Position numbers and translations under genes: made by a program
Assembly (NCBI GenBank): GCA_038131935.1
Contig: JAYPQH010000017.1
Coordinates: forward strand, 64,001-128,000
DNA from: Alphaproteobacteria bacterium
GTDB lineage: Bacteria; Pseudomonadota; Alphaproteobacteria; UBA8317
Direction of reading: 5' to 3'
DNA length: 64,000 bases
Shown here: positions 33,650 through 44,965 of the stretch, one piece after another
How positions within the stretch are numbered: position 1 is the first letter of the stretch
Layout: the number at the start of each line of letters is the position of its first letter
Notes under the pieces: model-generated
What the model was told of the DNA's origin: nothing
Database searches by the model: none
Seen by the model: the letters and a program-made list of their open reading frames with translations, nothing else

Positions 33650-34552
33650 ATGTTGCCAACCAGACCCAAGAGTTTTCAATCGATTATACTAGCTCTACAA
33701 GACTTTTGGTCTGCACAGGGCTGTGTCCTTCTGCAACCATATGACATGGAAGTTGGGGCGGGAACATTCCATCCAGCTACAACATTACGTGCGTTAGGGC
33801 CTCGTCCATGGCGGGCTGCGTATGTACAACCATCTCGGCGCCCCTCTGATGGACGATATGGGGAAAATCCAAATAGATTACAGCATTATTACCAATTTCA
33901 AGTGGTGATGAAACCTAACCCACAAAACATTCAAGATCTTTATTTGGAATCACTAAAAGCAATTGGCATTGATCCTACCCATCATGATATTCGTTTCGTT
34001 GAAGATGATTGGGAATCACCGACGTTGGGCGCATGGGGCCTAGGCTGGGAAGTATGGTGTAACGGTATGGAAGTCACCCAATTTACGTATTTTCAACAAG
34101 TTTGCGGTGTTGATTGTAAGCCAATTACTGGTGAAATAACCTATGGATTGGAAAGGCTTGCGATGTATGTCCAGGACGTAGATAACGTTTACGACTTGGA
34201 CTACAATGGCCAAGGGGTGACCTATGGGGATGTATTCCTCCAAAATGAACAGGAATATTCAAGGTATAATTTTGAGTATGCGGATACTCAAATGCTATTC
34301 CAACATTTTGCTGATGTCGAAAAGGCATGTAAGGCATTGATTGAAAAGGGCCGAAGAGGCGAAGAGCATATCATGGCTATGCCTGCCTATGATTATTGTA
34401 TCAAAGCGTCTCATATTTTTAATTTGTTGGATGCCCGTGGTGTCATATCTGTTACAGAGCGCCAAAGTTATATTTTACGTGTTCGTGAACTTGCTCAAGC
34501 TTGTGGCCAAGCATGGTTAGGGACTAAGGTTGGGGGGGATCTTCATGGCTGA
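33650..34552 (+). CDS. glyQ: Glycine--tRNA ligase alpha subunit
   Basis: [37 protein letters not shown]. Confidence 0.98.
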   Translation: MLPTRPKSFQSIILALQDFWSAQGCVLLQPYDMEVGAGTFHPATTLRALGPRPWRAAYVQPSRRPSDGRYGENPNRLQHYYQFQVVMKPNPQNIQDLYLESLKAIGIDPTHHDIRFVEDDWESPTLGAWGLGWEVWCNGMEVTQFTYFQQVCGVDCKPITGEITYGLERLAMYVQDVDNVYDLDYNGQGVTYGDVFLQNEQEYSRYNFEYADTQMLFQHFADVEKACKALIEKGRRGEEHIMAMPAYDYCIKASHIFNLLDARGVISVTERQSYILRVRELAQACGQAWLGTKVGGDLHG

Positions 34553-36587
34553 AGCACTCGTAGAGTTGTTGAGCGAAGAAATTCCTGCGCGTATGCAATC
34601 GAATGCAGGTCAGAGGTTAAAACAAATGCTTGAAGATGGCCTTAAGGCTGTCGGTGTATGCTGTGATTGTGAAATTTATACTGGCCCACGTCGTTTAACT
34701 GCAATTTTACGTGATATTCCTGTGGCGACAGATAGCCGTGTTGAGGAGAAAAGGGGGCCTCGTGTTGGGGCAGCTGAGAAGGCGATTCAAGGATTTCTTC
34801 GTGCTACCAATAAACCAGATGTATCTGCCCTGGAGATAAGAGATACGGGAAAGGGTGATTTTTATTTTGCCGTGAATACCTTGCCTGGTGAGTCTATCGG
34901 GGATGTTCTCGTAAAACTGGTTGATGATATTGTAACCAAGTTTTCATGGCCTGTATCTATGCGATGGGGTGATGGTGATTTGCGTTGGATTCGTCCCCTT
35001 CATCAGATTACCGTAAGGCTGTGGCAAGATGGTGTGGAGCATGAAGTAGGTGGGGGAAAGTTACCTATTTCCTACAACAAGCACAGCATTGGCCATCGGG
35101 TTCATGCTCCTGGTGCAGTGTCTTATGGGCAGATTTCTGATTATGCCAGAAAGCTTCGCCATGCGTATGTAGAAGTTGATCCAGCAAGCCGTCGAGATCG
35201 TATCCTTAATGGGCTTCACGATGCTGAGCGCCGATTTGAATTGCAGTTGGTTGATGATCAGGCCCTCCTGGAAGAGGTTGTTGGGCTTGCCGAATGGCCA
35301 GTGGTATTGGTGGGCTCCATTGACGCTCAGTTTCAAAACCTTCCATCTGAAGTCTTGGCAACCTCTATGAGGGTACACCAGAAATATTTTTCTTTGGCCA
35401 ATAGTGACGGCGTGATTACCCATTTTGCCATGGTTGTAAATATTGAGGCGCGTGATGGTGGTGTAGAAGTGCAACGCGGTAACGAGCGGGTGCTTGCCGC
35501 AAGATTATCAGATGCAGCCTATTTTTTTGCGCAAGACAAGGCGGTTGGCTTGGATAATATGGGCAAAAAATTAGAAAATGTGACCTTCCACGAAAAGCTT
35601 GGATCCTTGCAAAATCGGGTTCAACGCATCAATAAAATTGGCCATAAGCTTTGTCATTTATTGGATGCGGACCCTGCGCTATTCGAGCAAGCCAGTTGGC
35701 TCTGTAAAGCGGACCTCATGTCTGGAATGGTGGCTGAATTTCCAGAATTGCAGGGCGTCATGGGTGGCTATTATGCCCAAGAGCTTGGTGTTGTAGACGA
35801 AGTTTCAGAGGCAATCGCACAACAATATTTTCCAGTGGGGCAAAATGATTTTGTGCCAACGGGAAAAATAGCAGTTATCCTGGGGTTAGCCGACCGATTA
35901 GATATTCTCGCTGGTTTTTGGAGCATTGATGAAAAGCCAACTGGGTCAAAGGATCCTTATGCACTTCGTCGCGCTGCAATTTCTTGCTTGCGAATCCTTC
36001 ATGTTCATCAAATTTCTGTATCATTACGCCAATTGATTGAGTTGGCGTTGTCTGTTCAATCAAACATCGATGATAACGCCTTCCAAGCTGCGCGTGATGA
36101 TCTTTTGGCGTTTTTCCGGGAGCGTGGTCGTGTCATACTTCGAGATCGTGGTTCTCGCCATGATGTGGTGGACGCCATGTTATCACATGATGAGTTTGAT
36201 TTTGCCGTAGCGGCGAAAAAAGCAGAAATATTGCAAGAATTTTTAATGCAAGGTGGTCATCAATTGATCGCGCCCTTTAAAAGGGCAAATAATATTATCA
36301 AGCAATTGCAAATATCAAAGACTTCATTAGCTATCTCGGCTGTTGAGCCCGCAGAAATAGGTCTTCAAAACATGTTGGAAAATATAAAGACAGTTTTGTC
36401 TAAAGCCACATCTTTTGATCAGGAATTGATGTGTCTTCGTGAGATTGCGCCCCCCCTAGAACAATTTTTTGACGAGCTTGTGGTTAACCATGAGGACGAA
36501 GCCATCAAGCAGAGGAGGCTTGCGCTGTTGGGGCAGGTGACAGCGGTTTTCCTACAGGTTGTGAATTTTGAGGAGCTTGAAGACTAA
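34545..36587 (+). CDS. glyS: Glycine--tRNA ligase beta subunit
   Basis: [40 protein letters not shown]. Confidence 0.96.
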   Translation: MAEALVELLSEEIPARMQSNAGQRLKQMLEDGLKAVGVCCDCEIYTGPRRLTAILRDIPVATDSRVEEKRGPRVGAAEKAIQGFLRATNKPDVSALEIRDTGKGDFYFAVNTLPGESIGDVLVKLVDDIVTKFSWPVSMRWGDGDLRWIRPLHQITVRLWQDGVEHEVGGGKLPISYNKHSIGHRVHAPGAVSYGQISDYARKLRHAYVEVDPASRRDRILNGLHDAERRFELQLVDDQALLEEVVGLAEWPVVLVGSIDAQFQNLPSEVLATSMRVHQKYFSLANSDGVITHFAMVVNIEARDGGVEVQRGNERVLAARLSDAAYFFAQDKAVGLDNMGKKLENVTFHEKLGSLQNRVQRINKIGHKLCHLLDADPALFEQASWLCKADLMSGMVAEFPELQGVMGGYYAQELGVVDEVSEAIAQQYFPVGQNDFVPTGKIAVILGLADRLDILAGFWSIDEKPTGSKDPYALRRAAISCLRILHVHQISVSLRQLIELALSVQSNIDDNAFQAARDDLLAFFRERGRVILRDRGSRHDVVDAMLSHDEFDFAVAAKKAEILQEFLMQGGHQLIAPFKRANNIIKQLQISKTSLAISAVEPAEIGLQNMLENIKTVLSKATSFDQELMCLREIAPPLEQFFDELVVNHEDEAIKQRRLALLGQVTAVFLQVVNFEELED

Positions 36588-36640
36588 GTCTTTGGTCGAA
36601 GATGCTTGCCAAAGAGGTATGAATTGACGCACACAACGAC

Positions 36641-36658
36641 TTTGTTGCGCTGCAAGAT
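36641..36658. promoter_or_regulatory. Possible PhaR-like operator upstream of ppdK
   Basis: TTTGTTGCGCTGCAAGAT has the same TGC-N3-GCA core; lies downstream of TTGACG (36624-36629), over the expected -10 position. Confidence 0.45.
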
Positions 36659-36676
36659 CTTGAAAGAGGAATACAG

Positions 36677-39346
36677 ATGCAAAAATGGGTTTATCGATTT
36701 GGTGGTGGCGTTGCTGACGGTGACGCGACAATGCGTAATTTGTTGGGTGGGAAAGGCGCTAACCTTGCAGAAATGAGCAAGTTGGGCCTTCCAGTTCCCC
36801 CAGGTTTTACCGTAACCACAGAGGTTTGCACTGCTTTTTACAGCAATAATCATACCTATCCAGATGAATTGGCACAGCAGGTAAATGATGCGTTAGATTT
36901 GGTGGGGCAATCTACCGGTAAGGCGTTCGGTGATGCCAAAAAACCTCTCCTGGTATCAGTTCGTTCAGGAGCTCGTGCATCAATGCCCGGCATGATGGAT
37001 ACGGTTCTGAACTTAGGTTTGAACAAAGATACCGTAGAAGGACTTGCACAATTATCCAAAGATGAGAGGTTTGCCTACGACAGTTATCGTCGCTTCATTC
37101 AAATGTACTCAAATGTAGTGCTTGGCCTTGACCATGATCGATTTGAGGAAATCATTGACGATTACAAGGATGCCCACGAACTCACTGTAGATACAGACTT
37201 GACTGCAGATGACTGGAAAGCCGTGATTGAGCAGTTCCTTAGTATGGTGGATGAAGAGTTAGGCAAGCCATTTCCAGAGGATGTCTATGAGCAATTATGG
37301 GGTGCTATAAATGCCGTCTTCTCGAGTTGGATGAACCAAAGGGCAATCGTATACAGACGCTTGCATGATATTCCAGAGGCTTGGGGTACTGCTGTCACAG
37401 TTCAAGCCATGGTTTTTGGTAACATGGGTGAAGACTCTGCCACGGGCGTGACATTCACGCGTGATCCATCAACTGGAGAAAAGCGTTTGTATGGCGAGTT
37501 TTTGGTCAATGCACAGGGTGAAGATGTTGTTGCAGGCATCCGGACGCCACAACCATTAACCGTTGCGGCCGCTGGTGAAAATGATGCTCATATGTCCATG
37601 GAGCGTTGCATGCCTGACGTTTTCAATGAGCTTGTGGCTGTTTTTGATCGGTTAGAGGCTCATTATCGTGACATGCAGGACATCGAATTTACAGTGGAGC
37701 AAGGGAAGCTTTACATACTGCAAACCCGAAGTGGGAAGAGGACAACCAAAGCTGCTGTTCGTATAGCAACCGAAATGGTTACCGAAGGGGTATTGGATAA
37801 AAAAGAGGCACTTTTGCGTGTTGACCCTCAAGGTTTAGACCAATTGCTTCACCCAATGTTGGACCCTAATGCGCCACGTAAGGTTTTAGGAACGGGTTTG
37901 CCAGCATCACCAGGCGCTGCATCTGGTCACGTTGTATTCACAGCCGATGAGGCAGAGGCGAAGCGCGCACAAGGTGATCGTGTTATCTTGGTTCGCATTG
38001 AAACATCTCCAGAAGATATTCACGGGATGCATGCTGCGGAAGGCATTCTGACAACCCGTGGGGGTATGACGTCACATGCCGCTGTTGTGGCGAGAGGCAT
38101 GGGGCGTCCTTGTGTCTCTGGGGCCGGTAGCGTCAGTATTGATATGCAAAAAAGGACCATGACAGCTTCAGGCCATGTTGTTCATGAGGGTGATATCATT
38201 ACCATCGATGGTAGTACTGGGTCGATTATGCTCGGTGAGGTTCCAACCATCAAACCAGAAATGACCGAAGATTTCTCAAAGCTCATGCAATGGGCTGATG
38301 AAACGAGACGCATGAGGGTGCGTACAAATGCGGAAACCCTTCAAGATGCAAAAACAGCAAGAGAATTTGGTGCTGAAGGCATAGGTCTATGCCGCACGGA
38401 GCATATGTTTTTTGACGAAGAGCGGATCATGGTGGTTCGGGAAATGATCCTGGCTGAACATGAGGAAGGACGACGCTACGCACTTGAAAAACTATTGCCT
38501 TACCAAAGAGAAGATTTCGCTGATCTGTTCCGTATTATGGCGGGTTTACCTGTTACCATTCGTTTGCTCGATCCACCTCTACATGAATTCCTTCCTCACA
38601 CAGAACAGGAAATTCAAGCCGTTTCGCGAGCCATTGGCGTTCCTGAAAGCGTGTTGCAACGGAGGGTTCAAGAGCTGCATGAATTCAACCCCATGTTGGG
38701 TCATCGTGGCTGCCGATTGGGTATCACCTATCCAGAGATTTATGAGATGCAGACAAAGGCAATTATGGAAGCCGCTTGTGATGTTTACAGCGAAGGTATG
38801 GATACAACAATTCCAGAAATCATGATCCCTTTGATTGGCTATGGGAAGGAATTAGAGATGTTGCGAGAAGTTGTAACATCTGTTGCGGAGGAGGTGTTGC
38901 GTGAGCGCCAGGTTCCCATGCAGTACCTCATCGGTACCATGATTGAACTGCCGAGAGCCGCCCTAACAGCAAATGAAGTTGCCCGCCATGCTGATTTTTT
39001 CTCATTTGGAACCAATGATCTAACTCAAACAACTTTGGGTATAAGTAGGGACGATGCGTCAAAGTTTTTGGGAGAGTACCAAGGTAAAAAAATTATAGAA
39101 CGTGACCCATTTGTGACCATGGATCCCGAGGGAGTTGGCCGCCTTGTGGAGATGGGTACATCCCTTGGACGTTCCACAAAGCAAGAGCTCAAAACTGGAA
39201 TTTGTGGGGAACATGGTGGTGACCCCTCATCGATTCATTTATGTGAAGGGTTTGGGTTGGATTATGTTTCTTGTTCGCCGTTTCGTGTGCCTATCGCACG
39301 ACTGGCTGCCGCGCAGGCTTACATTCAGGCACAAGAAAATATGTGA
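36677..39346 (+). CDS. ppdK: Pyruvate, phosphate dikinase
   Basis: LLGGKGANLAEM, GGMTSHAAVVARG (phospho-His), FSFGTNDLTQ, GICGEHGG. Confidence 0.98.
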   Translation: MQKWVYRFGGGVADGDATMRNLLGGKGANLAEMSKLGLPVPPGFTVTTEVCTAFYSNNHTYPDELAQQVNDALDLVGQSTGKAFGDAKKPLLVSVRSGARASMPGMMDTVLNLGLNKDTVEGLAQLSKDERFAYDSYRRFIQMYSNVVLGLDHDRFEEIIDDYKDAHELTVDTDLTADDWKAVIEQFLSMVDEELGKPFPEDVYEQLWGAINAVFSSWMNQRAIVYRRLHDIPEAWGTAVTVQAMVFGNMGEDSATGVTFTRDPSTGEKRLYGEFLVNAQGEDVVAGIRTPQPLTVAAAGENDAHMSMERCMPDVFNELVAVFDRLEAHYRDMQDIEFTVEQGKLYILQTRSGKRTTKAAVRIATEMVTEGVLDKKEALLRVDPQGLDQLLHPMLDPNAPRKVLGTGLPASPGAASGHVVFTADEAEAKRAQGDRVILVRIETSPEDIHGMHAAEGILTTRGGMTSHAAVVARGMGRPCVSGAGSVSIDMQKRTMTASGHVVHEGDIITIDGSTGSIMLGEVPTIKPEMTEDFSKLMQWADETRRMRVRTNAETLQDAKTAREFGAEGIGLCRTEHMFFDEERIMVVREMILAEHEEGRRYALEKLLPYQREDFADLFRIMAGLPVTIRLLDPPLHEFLPHTEQEIQAVSRAIGVPESVLQRRVQELHEFNPMLGHRGCRLGITYPEIYEMQTKAIMEAACDVYSEGMDTTIPEIMIPLIGYGKELEMLREVVTSVAEEVLRERQVPMQYLIGTMIELPRAALTANEVARHADFFSFGTNDLTQTTLGISRDDASKFLGEYQGKKIIERDPFVTMDPEGVGRLVEMGTSLGRSTKQELKTGICGEHGGDPSSIHLCEGFGLDYVSCSPFRVPIARLAAAQAYIQAQENM

Positions 39347-39354
39347 TCAGGGAT

Positions 39355-40305
39355 ATGACCAAGCTTGATGGAGATGCTGTAAGCAAGTTGGGAAAATTCC
39401 AACTTGCCCGTCTTCTATCTGAGCTAGAGCAGCAATGGGGTCGGCATAAGCAATATGGTGACTATGCGGGCATGTTGGATGATTGCTTGCATGAAGGTAC
39501 AGGTCATGTTGTGGGTTTTACGGGGCCGCCGGGTGTTGGTAAGTCAACCTTAACAGGACAGTTGGTGAAGAAATGGCGTGAGCAAGGCAAATCAGTCTCT
39601 GTCTTGGCCATTGATCCGTCATCTCAAAAAACGAGAGGTGCTTTGCTGGGGGATCGCACCCGCATGGACCTTGATGCCGACGATGACAAAATTTTTACAC
39701 GTTCGTTAGCAGCACGTGATAGATTGGGCGGGTTATCAGAATTTGCTATTCTTGCTCTGGTGGTATTGCGTCGTTGTTTTGACAAGGTTCTATTAGAAAC
39801 TGTTGGTATTGGGCAGTCAGAAACAGAAATATCTTATGTGGCTGATACGGTGGTTTATCTAGCTCAACCTGGGTCAGGAGATAGCCTGCAATATATGAAA
39901 GCTGGGGTTATGGAAGTTCCTGATATCTGTGTGGTCACGAAAGCAGACCTAGGGCCATTGGCGCAAAAGACATCAGCTGACCTGCAAGGTGCATTGGGTA
40001 TTACAGGAAAAAAACATGGCTGGAATACCCCCGTTTTGCTGGTTTCAGTAGCTAATCAAGTTGGCCTTGATGAATTATGCCAGCAGATTGATGCTCATGG
40101 ATGCGGGCAAACAGACCACAACCAACAACGTCATCAACTGGCGCAGCATATCATGAATATGAACCTCACGATGTCATTTGGGAAGGAAGGAATTCGTGCT
40201 TTGCAACCCTATTGGAGCACCAATGAACAACTCAAACCTTTTGCTGCGGTAGATGAGTTAACAAAAAGGATGCGCCAATGTTTGGCTTCCCTCAAGGATT
40301 TTTAG
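39355..40305 (+). CDS. meaB: MeaB/ArgK GTPase (methylmalonyl-CoA mutase chaperone)
   Basis: GPPGVGKST, IDPSS...GALLGDRTRM, ETVGIGQSE, GDSLQYMKAGVME. Confidence 0.88.
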   Translation: MTKLDGDAVSKLGKFQLARLLSELEQQWGRHKQYGDYAGMLDDCLHEGTGHVVGFTGPPGVGKSTLTGQLVKKWREQGKSVSVLAIDPSSQKTRGALLGDRTRMDLDADDDKIFTRSLAARDRLGGLSEFAILALVVLRRCFDKVLLETVGIGQSETEISYVADTVVYLAQPGSGDSLQYMKAGVMEVPDICVVTKADLGPLAQKTSADLQGALGITGKKHGWNTPVLLVSVANQVGLDELCQQIDAHGCGQTDHNQQRHQLAQHIMNMNLTMSFGKEGIRALQPYWSTNEQLKPFAAVDELTKRMRQCLASLKDF

Positions 40306-41172
40306 AAGGACTAGGTGCAGCTGCCAGTTTAGGTACAGCTGACTTTACATCTCGATACAATTCTGCTCGGTTTGGCAGTTTTGTGGCTGTTTTCTTTGCT
40401 ATAACATTAGGATCACTGCCATTCTTGATCTTCCATGAATGGGGTCATATGACCGAGTGGAGCAGTTCAGCTGTACTCTTTTCAATCTTGGCAGGGGTGC
40501 TCAACCCTATTTCTTTATGGCTTTTGTTTCGTGCAATCGCGGTTGGGCCAGTTGCGGTTGTGTCTCCTATCATTGCTGCAAACCCTGCACTCGTTGTTGT
40601 GATTAATGGGTTATGGGGATATATTCCTAGTTTTGTTCAATCATTTGGATTGATGGCTATTTTTGCTGGTGTGCTACTCGCCTCGGGTGTCTATCAAGGT
40701 GTCAGGGTATTGTACCAGCAAAATATTGCACCCAAAACTATATGGCTGGCTACTTTTTGCGAGCATTTTGTTTGCCATCAGATTGATTTTCATTGAATTC
40801 AGTGTGGCTGACATGCCCGTCATGGATAGCTTTATTATATCACGATGTGCCTCAGCGCTTATATGCATCGCAGTTGTTTTGAGTTTTTCCGACATGCGTC
40901 GACATGTTTTAAAAGCTACTCAGGTTGGTACATGGCCATTATTGATTCTTCATGCCACACTTGAGGCATGTGGTGTATTTTTAATTTTTTGGGGGACGAT
41001 GGGTGAGGGAAAGACACTTCTTCCTGTCGTGTTTTCGACGATCACACTGTTCACGCTTCTTTGGGCAAGGCTTTTCCTTAAAGAAAAAATTCCCCCTAAA
41101 CGTCTTGTTGGCGTAGCTTTTGTTGTGTTTGGTGTCGCTGTTCTGGCTGCGGCACCCTTACTCTCACCATGA
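40278..41172 (+). CDS. DMT/EamA family transporter (apparent frameshift at ~40756)
   Basis: About ten hydrophobic helices over two frames; GPVAVVSPI and LFLKEKI motifs; one extra T in a T5 run. Confidence 0.82.
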
Positions 41173-41186
41173 AGCAAGAGCAATTT

Positions 41187-42041
41187 TTAAAAGGGAACAT
41201 CAAGACCTATGTCGAGCGCGGGCGCTGAATGGGTGATTTTGCCAACAGAAATATAATCAACACCAGTTCTAGCCATGGTTGCTATATCTTCAAGTGCCAA
41301 TCCCCCAGAGGCTTCGGTAATGCTTTTACCATCAACAATATCAAGCGCTCTTGAGACATCATGTGGGCTCATATTATCAAACATGATAATGTCTGCACGT
41401 CCTAAAACAGCTTCTCTTACCTGTTCGATATCATCGCATTCAATTTCAATGCGCACCATAGGGCCAAACAATTCACGAGCTTTTTCTAGGGCTTTGGTAA
41501 TAGAGCCATGTGCAGCGATATGGTTGTCCTTAAGCATGACACCATCATGAAGCCCAAAACGATGATTGACACCTCCACCATGACGCACCGCCTGTTTTTC
41601 CCAAGCCCGCAATCCTGGGGTCGTTTTTCTGGTGCAGAGAATGCGCGTTTTTGTTCCATGGGTTTCTGCAACATATGACGCGGTCAATGTTGCAATACCA
41701 CTCATGCGCTGGAGCATATTCAATATTGTTCTTTCGGCTGTAAAAATACTATGCCAAGGCCCAGAGACCTGGGCAATGATTGTGCCTTGTTCAAGCGTAT
41801 CGCCGTTTTGAACATATACTTGGGTGTTAAGCCGATGGTCCACCAATTGCGCGCTATAATCGATCGCTTCCACACCAGACAAAATGCCCGCGTGTCGTGC
41901 TGTAATCAGAGCTTTTCCATCGCCTGTTTCATGAAGAAGTTGTGCGGTAAGATCTCCAGCATCAGCCAAATCTTCTTGTAGTGCACGACGAAGAACAGGC
42001 TCTGCGATAAGTTTAGGAAGTTGTGCATTTGTTTGGGTCAT
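41187..42041 (-). CDS. nadC: Quinolinate phosphoribosyltransferase
   Basis: TRKTTPGLR, HRFGL, KDNH, EASGG, GVDYIS. Confidence 0.96.
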   Translation of the reverse strand: MTQTNAQLPKLIAEPVLRRALQEDLADAGDLTAQLLHETGDGKALITARHAGILSGVEAIDYSAQLVDHRLNTQVYVQNGDTLEQGTIIAQVSGPWHSIFTAERTILNMLQRMSGIATLTASYVAETHGTKTRILCTRKTTPGLRAWEKQAVRHGGGVNHRFGLHDGVMLKDNHIAAHGSITKALEKARELFGPMVRIEIECDDIEQVREAVLGRADIIMFDNMSPHDVSRALDIVDGKSITEASGGLALEDIATMARTGVDYISVGKITHSAPALDIGLDVPF

Positions 42042-42261
42042 AACTGCTCCACAAACCGTTAAATGATCGTAATTTTAATGTATTACCATACAAGTATGGC
42101 GCCATTGCCTAAAATTTTACCTCGACGCTACGAACCCCAGTATTTTTGTTTTGAACACATAACAAACACTTTATTCAACTTATGTTTCATGGTGCTACAC
42201 AAACGATTTCAAAACCCAAACAAGGCACAACAATACCCTACGTCATGACTATCTGTCGTGG

Positions 42262-43259
42262 TTAATGTGCTTCTTTTGTAGGCTTGGGCTGTGACAGCTC
42301 AATCATTCGGGTTACTGCACCACGAGCCTTTTCGGCAATGTCATCGGCAACTGTGATTTGGTGCTGGTTATATTTTAAAGCATCCCGAATGTTGCTCAAC
42401 GTAATTTGCTGCATGTGTGGGCACAAATGACAGGGTTGAATGAATTCAACTTCTGGGGTTTCAGCGGCAATATTGCTCGCCATGGAACATTCTGTAATTA
42501 AGGCCACTCGCGCAGGTTTTTCTTTTTGTACATAGGAAATTAGGCTCGCTGTTGAGCCAGCAAAGTCAGCTTCAGAAATGACATCAGGTGGGCATTCTGG
42601 ATGTGCAAGAACGGTGACCCTGGATTTGCCTCTTTTACCGTCCTGATATCTTCTCCTGTAAATTGCTCGTGTACTTCACATGCTCCTGACCACGTAACCA
42701 CGGTTTTTCGGGTTTTTGCGGCTACATTACGTGCTAAATATTGGTCAGGTATCAAGATAACTTTTTTGTCGTCTAATGCTTCAACGATTTCTAACGCATT
42801 TGATGAAGTGCAACAAATGTCGCTCACGGCTTTTACCTCAGCGGAGGTTTTGACGTAGGTTTTAACGGGTGCCCCAGGATGTTTGGCGCGTATCGCCACG
42901 ACCTGTTCTGCTGTTATAGATGATGCCAAAGAACAGCCAGCTTCTAGGCTGGGAAGCAAAACTGTCTTGGTTGGATTTAGGATTTTTGATGTTTCAGCCA
43001 TGAAGTGAACACCGCATTGCACAATAACATCTGCCTGGGTTTTTGTTGCCTCAACGGCAAGCTGCAAAGAATCTCCAACGACGTCAGCAATTGTGTGGAA
43101 AATGTCCCGCGTCATGTAATTATGTGCCAAGACTACGGCGTTTCTCTCGGCTTTTAGCTCAAGAATTTCTGCAACGAGTGGCTCAATTTGTAACCATTCT
43201 GCTTCCACCATAAATCCCATGGCTTTAGTGCGAATTTCATCCATTCCAACTTGGGTCAT
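42262..43259 (-). CDS. nadA: Quinolinate synthase (apparent frameshift at ~42619)
   Basis: LAHNY, GDSL, CGVHFMAE, GCSLA, CEVH; adding one G restores AHPEC...GST...TE...CPHM. Confidence 0.93.
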
Positions 43260-43368
43260 ATGCATTGTCCTGACGACTGATTGGTTAGTGCCATTTTATT
43301 TAGGCATTCGTAGCTGAAAAGTCACTATGTATCGCGAAGAATGGAAGACAACAACACCTATAAAGCTA

Positions 43369-43956
43369 TCAACGGGCTCTTTGAATGGCTTTGTCTAAAA
43401 AATCGTATCGCTGGAGAAACATTTGTTTAGCCTGATCAGGTGAGCCAATCGGGGATAATTCATACGAATGTTGTGGTTTGACGAAGATGCTGTTTGCTTC
43501 AGTTTCTGAAAAGCCAGCAAGCCCCCTAGCTTCTTCATAAGCGGCATAATGATCAGCTTTTTTGATGGCCTCGGTGACGCCTTTTGGTAGTTGGCTAGGG
43601 ATGCCGAACTTGATGTGAATGGCCTGTAATAATTTGTTTTCAATATGTTTATAATGTCCAGAAATAGCTTGTTTGAAAGGTGAAATTAAATCCCCAATCA
43701 CATATTCAGGGCTATCATGTAAAAGAGCAGCAAGTTGATAAACAGGCGGCATCTCAGGATTTTCACGAGAAAAAATTTTTTCAACGAACAAAGAATGCGC
43801 GGCAACCGAAAAGGGGTAAGGACCTACTGTTTGACCATTCCATCGAGCTACGCGCGACAAACCATGGGCTATATCTTCAATTTCTATATCTAAGGCCGAT
43901 GGCTCTAAAATATTTAATCGCCGACCGGATAACATGCGCTGCCAAGCTCTGGTCAT
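43369..43956 (-). CDS. HD-family hydrolase (YfbR-like)
   Basis: RAWQRMLSGRRL, ARWNGQT, SVAAHS, LLHD.PEYVIGD. Confidence 0.85.
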   Translation of the reverse strand: MTRAWQRMLSGRRLNILEPSALDIEIEDIAHGLSRVARWNGQTVGPYPFSVAAHSLFVEKIFSRENPEMPPVYQLAALLHDSPEYVIGDLISPFKQAISGHYKHIENKLLQAIHIKFGIPSQLPKGVTEAIKKADHYAAYEEARGLAGFSETEANSIFVKPQHSYELSPIGSPDQAKQMFLQRYDFLDKAIQRAR

Positions 43957-44717
43957 GTAGACACCATGTTTACTGAGCGCCCATCACACCATAAACCGTC
44001 AACGGCACGGTCTATATGGATATATGCCATAGCTCTCTTATCAAGTCTTGAGGTCACAAGACCCGCGTGCCGCCCTTCTATGTCGACAAGTTGCGTGGAC
44101 ATATCTGGATCAATATCCTCAAGGACAACAAATTTTTTGCGAATATTTGCTTTGTGGTACATTCGTGCCGTCACTTCTTGTCCAATATAACAGCCCTTTG
44201 AAAAATTTATGCCATGATAAGAAATAGGATCTGTTTCCAGCCAAAATGGAATGGCGGCCATGAAGTCTATCGATTGTGGTATGCTATAATCATAACAGCA
44301 TGCTTGAAACTCGTGATCGCCAAGAACTTCATCACCTGCAGAAAGACAAGATGAAGCCGCTTCGTAACGCCTATATCCCAATGCAGGATGTCTTGGGTCC
44401 TGATAGCCATGATTGTCCCAGATGACAGCCAAGTCTGTTTGCTCGATATGTATAGGCAAGCGTAATCGATATCGTTTAAAAGCGTGTAAAAGGTCATCTG
44501 TTAGACCGTTATGATGGTCACAGAGTAAATTATCTGCATCAATGCGTGCAATAAGAAAATCAGCGCGATATTTCCCTTGTGGTGTCAGCAATGCGGTATA
44601 AACCAACCCTTGGTTGAAAGCTGTCTGGTCTAACGTTGATGTTACCAATCCATCGAGCCATGTCGCAGCATCTGGGCCTGAAATTCTAATGACAGATCGC
44701 TCCTTCAAAATGCGCAT
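43953..44717 (-). CDS. ygfZ: Folate-binding Fe-S maturation protein YgfZ
   Basis: KGCYIGQE signature, LLTPQGK. Confidence 0.9.
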   Translation of the reverse strand: MRILKERSVIRISGPDAATWLDGLVTSTLDQTAFNQGLVYTALLTPQGKYRADFLIARIDADNLLCDHHNGLTDDLLHAFKRYRLRLPIHIEQTDLAVIWDNHGYQDPRHPALGYRRYEAASSCLSAGDEVLGDHEFQACCYDYSIPQSIDFMAAIPFWLETDPISYHGINFSKGCYIGQEVTARMYHKANIRKKFVVLEDIDPDMSTQLVDIEGRHAGLVTSRLDKRAMAYIHIDRAVDGLWCDGRSVNMVST

Positions 44718-44965
44718 GCTATTTCTCCTCATACAGCTGGATTATAGTATAGTGATCCAAAGTGCTTTCATCCATAATAACGCGTAAAAATGAAACAGAA
44801 TATTTAAGAGCATGGGGTGAAAACATTGAGAATAAGGCGTTAAAGGCCGAAATGCTATGGTCTTTTGCTATTTTTTTTAGGGTTTCAAACAATGGGCATT
44901 GGCGAATAGGGGCTCCATTCGTTATGGCTAATAATTGAATAGGGCGGTTTTGGAGTAACAATAGT

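Noticed and set aside
43266-43368. NAD riboswitch or NadQ operator upstream of nadA
   Set aside because: No convincing palindrome or recognisable aptamer by eye.
44733-44965. Long ygfZ-pyrC intergenic region as an sRNA or gene remnant
   Set aside because: No clear stem structure, terminator or recognisable peptide; divergent promoters are enough to explain it.
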